DNA of 64,000 nucleotides, taken from the NCBI RefSeq assembly GCF_036971445.1, contig NC_091482.1, positions 30,814,001-30,878,000 on the forward strand, in the 5' to 3' direction. Of this stretch, positions 12,866 to 21,469 are shown in pieces. A program made the translations under genes and the position numbers. Each line of letters begins with the position of its first letter. Positions within the stretch are counted from its first letter, which is position 1. A model generated the notes under the pieces. That model searched no databases, had not been told where the DNA came from, and was given only the letters and a program-made list of their open reading frames with translations. Source of the stretch: Narcine bancroftii. Its lineage: Eukaryota.

Positions 12866-13616
12866 ACTTGTTGGTCTTCCAGCACAGGAACATTCCAGGC
12901 TGCAGGAGTATGTGCAGAGGGACATTGTGAGGCTTGGCACAGCCAACACAAGGATTTTGTGAGGAAGGTCCACAATCCTGTCCTTCAATTACTGGGCATT
13001 GAGGGGCTGAAACTGAGGGGAATTCCCTCAAACAACAGGGGGGGGGGAAATAACTGCAAGGGGCCATAGTGGTGGCAATGTTGTAGAGATGAACGTAACA
13101 ATGATGGAAATGTATGGATATGACACCAAGGAAATGCATAGTTTCCTTTTGTAAACAATTGGCTGTGAATAAAGTTTGCTTTTTGTGATTAAAAAGGTCC
13201 GCAACAAAGCTGGAGGTGAGCCGCTGTTAATGGACAGCACCGGACCAGCAAGCATCTGGCGATGGGGAAGTGTTAATCCCACAACCACCCACCCATCCAA
13301 ACTCCCAACACCCTGCCCATCTAAACCCCTGACTGCGGTTGGGGCAATGGGAACTCAGATGGGCAGGCGGCCTGACTCACTCACCCACCCTATCTGAACA
13401 GATGACGCCTTGAAATGACACAGGTAGTTACTGAGGTCAAAAGTTTGACCTGTGTAAAAGATGACACCCGCTCCTGCCCCATTTTTGTCTGGAAAAAGTG
13501 GTTCAAAAAATTTGACGATTACATGAGTACATCAGAATCAGAATTTATGGCCATGAGCAACTCATGAAATTCAGCATCATAGTGCAAAGATTCACATTAT
13601 AACCATTTTACAAATT

Positions 13617-14094
13617 TGTCAGAAATAAAACTTCTCACACATGAGTCTCTTTAAAACTGATGACACGACAAGCTTTATTTACAAGTCTGCAGAGTTGGAC
13701 TCAACTGACTTCTCACCAGTTAAGCCCCGATACATACAGTGCATTGATTTTTATACCCTTATTGTTTGCCCTTCCCCTTCTTATTAATACTGTTTTAATT
13801 GGTTAGTATTGCAAAAGCATTCTAAGTACAACTGCATTTTTAATTATCACGTTCGTTACGTACGCTGCGAACTCTACATACACTAAATTCTGTTTCTCAC
13901 CCTTCTTATCAATCTTTTGTCTCCTGCATGTCTCTCACTATGACCATGAAAAGATATGTTTAAAAAAACATATCCAGCTGAACTTTTTGTCCTTGGCTGC
14001 TAGTAAGCTCCCTGTCCGTTCTGGCTTCCCTTTTTATGATTAATCATCACATTTTAACTTAAGCCATTTTAACCTAAATTCTCTATCTATAACA
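13617..14094 (-). repeat. ERV 3' LTR (478 bp)
   Basis: TG...CA; direct repeat of 20086-20563; minus-strand CCAAT (~13798-13802), TATAAAA (~13749-13755) and AATAAA (~13674-13679). Confidence 0.97.
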
Positions 14095-14114
14095 ATCCAC
14101 CCCTTTCTCTCTTT
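14095..14114 (-). other. Polypurine tract
   Basis: AAAGAGAGAAAGGGGTGGAT immediately before the 3' LTR on the minus strand. Confidence 0.93.
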
Positions 14115-14184
14115 AAAATGTGTGTATTATATATATATATATATATATCTGAATGGGGATTTTAACTCGGGGAAGAGAAACGTC

Positions 14185-14693
14185 TCATGATAAATTAATT
14201 TCGTGCTGAAGTAAAATTCTAACGGGGTCTCCCAGTTCCCCTGGTTGCATAGCCTGTTGGACCATGGAAATCACTAGGCTGCGTAGACAGGGAATAAAAC
14301 AGGGCAAAAGAAGCAGGAGGAATAAAATACCTCCGATGACCCACAACTTCTCATTGGAACAGTACGCTGGTGTATGCAAAACCAGAGTCCATCAGGGCAT
14401 GGTGGGCCTGAGTCACCCTACCAACTGTCAAGAGGGAAAGGAGTGGTATTAGGAATCTGTATATAATGACCCATAGTATTTCCTCCTCTTTCCACACAAG
14501 GGGTATATGGATGTTGGGTGGTATTTTCTGCCCAGCATTTCTCAGGAACTGAGGTATGGGAAATAAAATTACCCTCCTTACTTCCCCAAGTGCGGTCCTG
14601 AAACAGGACCACTGTGTCTCTGCATTTCTTACATTTCACTCCTGATAAAGACATAGGCAAACTAAGAAAAATCAAAGAACATAACAATAACAT
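14185..14693 (-). pseudogene. env: env remnant with large internal deletion
   Basis: Signal peptide MLLLCSLIFLSLPMSLSG, in-frame TAG at 14418, then a frameshifted junction to the membrane anchor and tail KLWVIGGILFLLLLLPCFIPCLRSLVISMVQQAM; most of SU and the TM ectodomain are absent. Confidence 0.85.
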
Positions 14694-14699
14694 TGTGAA

Positions 14700-14916
14700 T
14701 CAAGTCTTTCTGCGAAATCGCAAGGTAAGAGGTTTTTCTCCAGGAACACAAGTCCAATCTGAGTTCGTATCAGGGTCCTGAGGCGCCTCGACAGGTCCCT
14801 TAAATCTGGATGCGTGCGTCCACCCCTTCTCTCTTGTTCGTGCTGCAGCCTCTGTAGTTAAGAGAACTTGGTATGGACCTTCCCACTGGGGCTGGAGTTT
14901 TTCAGTTTTCCAGGTC

Positions 14917-14948
<32 letters not shown>

Positions 14949-17900
14949 ATTTTTCACACCATAAATCACAATAGCCATGATATACACTTTTTCTTTTCCA
15001 CACATTTACAGTGACTTTTTAGTTTTCCAGGTCTTGATGAGAATCCAGTCTCCTGGTTCCACTTTGTGTAAAGAAAAGTCTAGAGGCGGTGTTTGTGCCA
15101 ATAGTCCTCTCTTTCGTAAATCTGTAAGAGAGCGTGACAGTGCCTGTAAATAGTTCCTAACAAATATATCCCCTTCCCCCAAGGTGGGACACCCCTCAAC
15201 TGTACTCCAGAAGGGAAGCCCAAACATCATTTCATAAGGGGACAACCCTACATCTTTTCGTGGGGCAGTACGAATTCTCAATAAAGCCAGGGGCAGACAC
15301 TTTATCCAAGGCATTTTAGTTTCCACCATTAATTTTGTCAATTGCATTTTTAGGGTTCCATTCATACGTTCAACTCTCCCTGAGCTTTGTGGATGCCAAG
15401 GGGTATGCAATTTCCAAGAGACCTGCAATGCATTACAAATCAATTGCTGGATTTTTGAACAAAAATGTGGACCCCTGTCTGAGTCTATAGAATCCATTAT
15501 ACCATATCTGGGGATTATCTGCTCTAGGAGGAGGCGAGCTACTGTAGAGGCTGTAGCATTTACTGTTGGGAAGGCTTCCACCCATCGGGTAAAGTGACCT
15601 ATTACCACCAACAGATACTTCCATCTGGTGTCTTCCATGTTCCATCAGCCAGCTGGCTTGCGCCCAGCTGAGCCATGTCCTTTTCTTCCTTAGCAGTGAA
15701 AATGGGAGCCTTCTTTATGCCTTGTCTTATTGGGATTAAGGTCAGCAAACGGACTTCTTGTTGCATGGCTGCCCTTTTGGCTTCTTCATCAGCCAGTCTG
15801 TTTCCAATTGCTGTCGGGGTATCTCCCCTCTGATGGCCTGGTATGTAGACCACTGCTATTTCCTGGGTTAATGTCAAGGCTTCTAAAGTCAGAGTAATCA
15901 TCTGTTCGTGTGCCAATTCCTTTCCTCTTGATGTAATTAGACCACGCTCCTTCCAGATCTTACCAAAGGTATGCACTACCCCGTATGCGTATTTGGAATC
16001 AGTGTAAATCGTTCCAGTTTTCTCTGCCAGTATTCTGAGGGCTCTCTGCAAGGCATATAGTTCACAGGACTGTGCTGACCAGCTTCCGGGTAGTCTCGTG
16101 GATTCTACTACTTTCCAAGTATTTCCTTCTATTATAGCATACCCACTTCTTCTCATTCCGTCAACACATCTGGCGGAGCCGTCAATGTAGAATTCATATC
16201 CTTCTCCCAGAGGAGTATCGCAAAGGTCTTCTCGGGTCTTGGTCTGAAGATCCGTTAACTCGACACAGTCGTGCTCCACCTCTCTCTCTGTTTCACTGCC
16301 GTATAAAAACTGAGCTGGGTTGCAGCTATTAATCTTTGCAAACTGTAGATCTTCTCCGACCATTAAAATGGTTTCATACTTTAATATGCGAGAATCAGTC
16401 AGCCATCGATGGGCAGTTTGTGTTAATAAAACACTCACAGAATGGGAGGTGTACACAGTCATCTTTCCTCCAAAAGTAAGTTTACGTGCTTCCTCTACCA
16501 ACAGAGCAGCAGCCGCTACTCCCTGGATACACGTCGGCCATCCACAAGACACTGGGTCCATCATTTTGGAAAGGAAAGCCACTGGGTGTCGCTGACCGCC
16601 TTTTTCCTGTGTTAAAACTCCCACAGCTGTTCCTTGGTTATGAGTGACAAATAGCTGGAAGGGCTGTTTTAAAGAGGGCAGAGTGAGTACCGGGGCTCGT
16701 GTCAGGCGATGCTTCAAGTCCTCAATCCATCCCTCCTCCTCCTGGGTCCATTTCAATGGATATTCATTTTCATTTGTCAGCTTTTCATACATAAACTTCA
16801 CCAACGCTGAGTAGTCCTCTATCCGTAACCTAAGAGTCCCAGGAATTGTCTTATTTCCTTCTTATTACGGGGTAACGGCATTCTAGTGATTCCCGCAATC
16901 CGTTCAGGGGTAATCCGTTTCTGTCCTTTACTTATCTGGTGTCCCAGATATACCACAGTTCTCTCAACGAACTGTAACTTGTTCCTGGACACCCGTAGAC
17001 CCTTTTTCCCCAGATAATTCAAGAGTCTAATTGTATCTCCCCTCATTTCTTGTTCCTTGGGTCCTGATAATAGTAAATCGTCCACATACTGTATTAGTTG
17101 GGAATCATCAGATTGTGGATAGTCCGCCAGGATTTGTTCTAGCATTTGTCCAAACAGGTTCGGAGATTCAGTGAACCCTTGGGGCAATACAGTCCACCGA
17201 AGCTGTCTCCGTCTACCTGTCCATGGATTTTCCCATTCAAACGCGAACATATCTCTACTTTCCTCTTCTAATGAACACGTCCAGAAGGCATCCTTCAAGT
17301 CGATAACACTAAACCACTCATGGTCTGGGGGAATCCGACTCATAATAGTATAGGGATTAGGCACCACTGGGTGGCGGGTCTGAACAATAGCATTCAAACT
17401 TCTTAGATCCTGAACTAGGCGATAGGATCCATCTGACTTTTTCACTGGGAGTATAGGGGTGTTATAAGGTGACATGCATTCTTCTAATAGTCCGTCTCGT
17501 ATTAGAGTCTCAATTACCGGCTGTAGCCCTTTTCTCCCTTCCAAAGAAATAGGATACTGACGTTTCCTTACCGGCTGATGACCTGGTATTAATGTGACAT
17601 GTAAAGGTGGGATGTCCAGACCTCCTCGATTTCCCTCCTTATACCAGACTCTCTCGTCAATCTGCCGTTCATCCTCTTCCTTTAGAGCACAGAGGTGGAC
17701 TCGCACTTCTCCGTCCACAGGGAGAGCACCCAAACCTAGGAGAGCCTGTAAGTCCCTTCCTAGGAGGTTAAATCCAGCCGACGGTAACAACAAGAGGTCT
17801 TGTACCCCTTCTCTTTCTTCCAGTTTCACTGTTACTTGGGGAATTATTGATACCATTCTGGGAGCACCTTCTATCCCAGAAATTTTCAAATTACTTTTTA

Positions 17901-18054
17901 CAGGTTCAGTCCCAATTGGCACAGTTATTACACTACTTCGTTCCGCTCCTGTGTCCACCATAAACACCACCTCTTCTCCCTTGGGACCAATTTTTAGTTT
18001 TACCAGGGGTTCCCTCTTATACTTGGTCCCCAACATTTGGAACCCCTGACCCCC
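14700..18054 (-). pseudogene. pol: pro-pol (protease, RT, RNase H, integrase), disrupted
   Basis: FMVDTGAERS (PR), VIDLKDAF, VLPQGF, QYVDDLLL (RT), YIDGSAR..SAQSCEL..YTDSKY (RNase H), DSDRGPHF..SSGRVERMN (IN core), WEGPYQVLL (GPY/F). Frame breaks at ~16820 and ~15625; insertion at 14919-15020. Confidence 0.95.
14919..15020 (-). mobile_element. Short poly(A)-tailed retroposed insertion (5'-truncated L1-type) inside integrase
   Basis: Exact 15-bp TSD AGTTTTCCAGGTCTT (14904-14918 / 15021-15035); T-run of ~23 (14917-14939); minus-strand AATAAA just before the tail. Confidence 0.9.
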
Positions 18055-19545
18055 CTAATCTTCTTCCATAAGTTTGAGGGCACGCAATTCCCTCTTGTAT
18101 CGGGGGCATTCCCTCTTAAAGTGTCCTTCCTCATTGCAGTAATAGCACTTAACGAACCTCCGGGGTCTTCCCTCTCTTGGATATCTTGGATTGTTTAGAG
18201 GAAGGTTTTGTTTTCTTTCCCCTCTGGATTCGGCATTCATCTGTCGGATAGTCTGTACCATAACCTTTGTCGCCCTCTTTTGATCTTCTTCTTCTCTCTG
18301 CACATATACTTTTTGCGCCTTTTTTAACAGGTCGCTTAGGGGTTTTTCGCTCCAGTCCTCCTCCTTTTCTAGCTTCTTTCTAATGTCCTGCCATGATTTG
18401 GAAACAAATTCAATTCGAATAAGCTGTTCACCCATTGGTGTACTAGGGTCCACGCCCGCATACTGTTGGACATTCTTTCTCACCCTCTCCAAGAAATCAG
18501 TAGGGGACTCGTCTTTCCCCTGGTGGTTCCCAAATGCCTTGGTGAAATTGTGACCCTTTGGCACAGCCTCCCGTATCCCTTTAATTGTCCACTCTCTATA
18601 TTGTCTCATACTTGCCAATCCCTCGGGTGTTCGTTTGTCCCACCTGGGTTCATTTAAGGGATATTTTTGTTCATGGGGTCTGGGGTCCCCAGGTTGTTCA
18701 TATTCCCACATGAGGAGGGCAGCCCGTCGAATCATCTGCCTCTCCTGGGGTGAGAATAATGTTCCCATTATTGCCTGCATCTCTTCCCACGTATATGTGT
18801 TTGGTCCCAGGAATTGGTCGAGCTGTTTGGCCAGTCCTATAGGATCTTCCAATAACTTTTTCATTTCTTTCTTAAATCCCCGCACCTCTGTACTAGTTAG
18901 GGGAACATTCACATATCCCGTTCCCCCTCCCGGTCCTCCCATAGGAACTTCCCTCAGGGGATTTAGGCTTACTGAAAACTTTGATGGTCCTGGACCAGTC
19001 TGGGATCTTGTCCAGGGTCGGTTTACCGGTGGAAGTTTAGGGTCCGACTCCCTTAATTCATTCTTTTTTTCCCGGCCCCTTTCGGGGCAATCAGATTCAT
19101 CACCTTTCCCCTCCGGTAATGAGCTTTCCTCGGGCGCAGTAGGCACCGGGGGAATATAAGGAGGGGGAAGGTTGTCCAGAGGTTCCCACTTCTTTTCTCC
19201 CGCTACCCTCAATTTAAAACATTTTGTTAAGGATCCTGGCCAGGGAACCCAACAAAATGCATATGCTGACTCTTCTTGATTCACCTTTGGTCTCGAATTT
19301 ACATATATGTTTAATGCTTGTCTAACCCAATCCTCATCAGATCCAAATTTCGGCCACCAGACCGAGGAACCTTTAATAGGTTGTTTCGACCAAAGGAGAC
19401 AATATTGAACCATCTTTTTCTTGTTTTTGTCTCGATATCTTTTACTATCCCAATTTTCAAACATTCTCCCCAAAGGGCTGTCAAGGGGAACTCCCAGGAA
19501 TTGTCCTGAATTATCAGACGAGCCCTTAGATTTTGATCCTCCCAT
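18055..19545 (-). CDS. gag: Retroviral Gag polyprotein, intact ORF (496 aa)
   Basis: MGGSKS myristoylation motif, PPPY and PTAP late motifs, MHR QGKDESPTDFLERV, single CCHC knuckle CYYCNEEGHFKREC, ends in TAG in frame with pro-pol. Confidence 0.96.
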   Translation of the reverse strand: MGGSKSKGSSDNSGQFLGVPLDSPLGRMFENWDSKRYRDKNKKKMVQYCLLWSKQPIKGSSVWWPKFGSDEDWVRQALNIYVNSRPKVNQEESAYAFCWVPWPGSLTKCFKLRVAGEKKWEPLDNLPPPYIPPVPTAPEESSLPEGKGDESDCPERGREKKNELRESDPKLPPVNRPWTRSQTGPGPSKFSVSLNPLREVPMGGPGGGTGYVNVPLTSTEVRGFKKEMKKLLEDPIGLAKQLDQFLGPNTYTWEEMQAIMGTLFSPQERQMIRRAALLMWEYEQPGDPRPHEQKYPLNEPRWDKRTPEGLASMRQYREWTIKGIREAVPKGHNFTKAFGNHQGKDESPTDFLERVRKNVQQYAGVDPSTPMGEQLIRIEFVSKSWQDIRKKLEKEEDWSEKPLSDLLKKAQKVYVQREEEDQKRATKVMVQTIRQMNAESRGERKQNLPLNNPRYPREGRPRRFVKCYYCNEEGHFKRECPRYKRELRALKLMEED

Positions 19546-20065
19546 TTTCCCACCTAGATCCGTTTTTCGTTGCTGAGGACCCTCTCGTTCTGGACCCTAC
19601 TCCCTTCTTCTCAGACGCCTCGTCGGAGGTACTGTCCCTCCTTCGGTTACCACTGAGGTTTCCCTGGGGTCGACCCCTCTCTTCTCGGCACTTCGTCGGA
19701 GGTGCTGTCCCTCCTTCGGTTACCGCCGAGGTTTCCCTGGGGTCTATCCTAGAGTCCCACGACAGGGTCCTCACGCCACGACAAAAGCTCTATACCTGAT
19801 CTATTACGTTAGGTTTTTTTTTATCCAAACAGGTGTATCCTGTTACCCAATCCCCACACCACAATCGTAAGTCGTCACTTACCGGTGTCTTCTCGGGGAT
19901 TGAACCGTCACCCTTCTCCTCTCCGTCTTGTCGTGTCACCTTGTCCGGATACCACTCGCTCAAGCCGCCCGAAGCGACGAGCAAGGGACTAGGAGCCGCT
20001 GAACTCAGCGGGGTGCACCACCTCCGATGTCCCCCTTCTCGCCTCCCCTCACGGCTGGAGTGTAG

Positions 20066-20083
20066 ATCCCGGACGAGCCCCCA
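20066..20083 (-). other. Primer binding site, tRNA-Pro
   Basis: TGGGGGCTCGTCCGGGAT, 2 nt after the 5' LTR; matches the canonical MLV tRNA-Pro PBS. Confidence 0.96.
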
Positions 20084-20085
20084 TT

Positions 20086-20563
20086 TGTCAGAAATAAAAC
20101 TTCTCACACATGAGTCTCTTTAAAACTGATGACACGACAAGCTTTATTTACAAGTCTGCAGAGTTGGACTCAACTGACTTCTCACCAGTTAAGCCCCGAT
20201 ACATACAGTGCATTGATTTTTATACCCTTGTTGTTTGCCCTTCCCCTTCTTATTAATACTGTTTTAATTGGTTAGTATTGCAAAAGCATTCTAAGTACAA
20301 CTGCATTTTTAATTATCACGTTCGTTACGTACGCTGCGAACTCTACATACACTAAATTCTGTTTCTCACCCTTCTTATCAATCTTTTGTCTCCTGCATGT
20401 CTCTCACTATGACCATGAAAAGATATGTTTAAAAAAACATATCCAGCTGAACTTTTTGTCCTTGGCTGCTAGTAAGCTCCCTGTCCGTTCTGGCTTCCCT
20501 TTTTATGATTAATCATCACATTTTAACTTAAGCCATTTTAACCTAAATTCTCTATCTATAACA
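20086..20563 (-). repeat. ERV 5' LTR (478 bp; proviral promoter)
   Basis: Matches 13617-14094 except G20230 versus A13761 (by-eye comparison). Confidence 0.97.
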
Positions 20564-20569
20564 AAAATT

Positions 20570-21320
20570 ACTATAAAAAATAAAATAAAAGTAACAATAA
20601 TAGTGCACTAAATGTAAGGCAGTGTCTTTGGTTCATTGATTATTCAGGAATCTGATGACAGCGGGGATGAAGCCGTCCTTGTGCTGTCTTTAAGCTCCTG
20701 TACCTTTTTCGCCAATGGTAACAGAATGAAGTGGGAATGGCCTGGGTGGCGGGGGAATAAAGGCTGCTTTTATAAGACTCTGCCTCATGTAGATGTCCTC
20801 AATGAAGTTTGGTGCTTGTGATGTTGCAGGCCAAGTTAACCCACTTGAGTTTATTCTTGTCCTGAGAGTTGGTGCCTCCATACCAGGGAGTGATGCAACC
20901 AGCTAGAATACGGTACACCTGTAGAAGTTTACAAGAGTCTTCAGTGACATACTGAATCTTGTCAGACACCTCACAAAGTATAGTCGCTGATGAGCCTTCT
21001 TTGTAATTGGATCAACATGAAGGCTCCAGGACAGATCCTCGGAGATGTTGACACCTAGGAATTTGAAGTTCTTGACCCTCTCCACTACTGAGCCCTCAAT
21101 GAGGACTGGGTCGTGTTCCCCTGACTTACTCCTGAAGTCTACAATCCTCCCCTTGGTTTTGCTAAAGTTGAGTAAAAGATTGTTGGCAAGTCACCATTCA
21201 ACGAGCTAATCTCCATTCTGTACGCTTCCTCATTTCCGTCTGTCATTCTATCAACAACTGTGATGTCATCAGCATTGGAATTGTGCCTGGCCACAGTCAT
21301 GGTGTATAATGAGTAGAAAC
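20570..21320 (-). mobile_element. Rex1-like LINE fragment into which the ERV inserted (tail continues at ~13530-13616)
   Basis: ERVKNFKFLGVNISEDLSWSLHVDPITKKAHQRLYF; the family-type tail TCAGAATCAGAATTTAT lies on the other side of the provirus. Confidence 0.7.
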
Positions 21321-21353
21321 TGTATATAGGTTATATCTAAAAAATGGTACGTA

Positions 21354-21467
21354 ATATGGAAATTTTAAGGCGATTTTCGTAATCAGAGGCCCAAAATCCG
21401 TAAAATGGCAAGTGATATGGAAATTTTAAGGCGATTTTCGTAATTAGCGGCCCAAAATCCGTAAAAT
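21354..21467. repeat. Two 53-bp direct repeats (period 61) at the upstream edge of the CpG island
   Basis: ATATGGAAATTTTAAGGCGATTTTCGTAAT..GGCCCAAAATCCGTAAAAT at 21354-21406 and 21415-21467, 2 mismatches. Confidence 0.9.
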
Positions 21468-21469
21468 CC

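Larger units (their letters stand above)
13617..20563 (-). mobile_element. Endogenous retrovirus (class I / gamma-like), two-LTR provirus, replication-defective
   Basis: Order on the minus strand is LTR-PBS-gag-pro-pol-env-PPT-LTR; 478-bp LTRs; flanking AAATT at 13612-13616 and 20565-20569 (5-bp TSD with one extra A at 20564). Confidence 0.97.

Noticed and set aside
14126-14148. (TA)n run between env and the PPT
   Set aside because: Simple microsatellite with no evidence of function.
14700-15005. Lys-rich 101-aa ORF (KFKKKKKKKKT) as a separate accessory protein
   Set aside because: It is the translated poly(A) insertion fused to the integrase C-terminus.
19546-19800. Possible glyco-Gag-type upstream in-frame extension or leader accessory ORF
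   Set aside because: An in-frame TAG lies at 19597-19599, 17 codons upstream of the gag ATG; the 82-aa leader ORF is in another frame, starts at GTG and has no recognisable motif.
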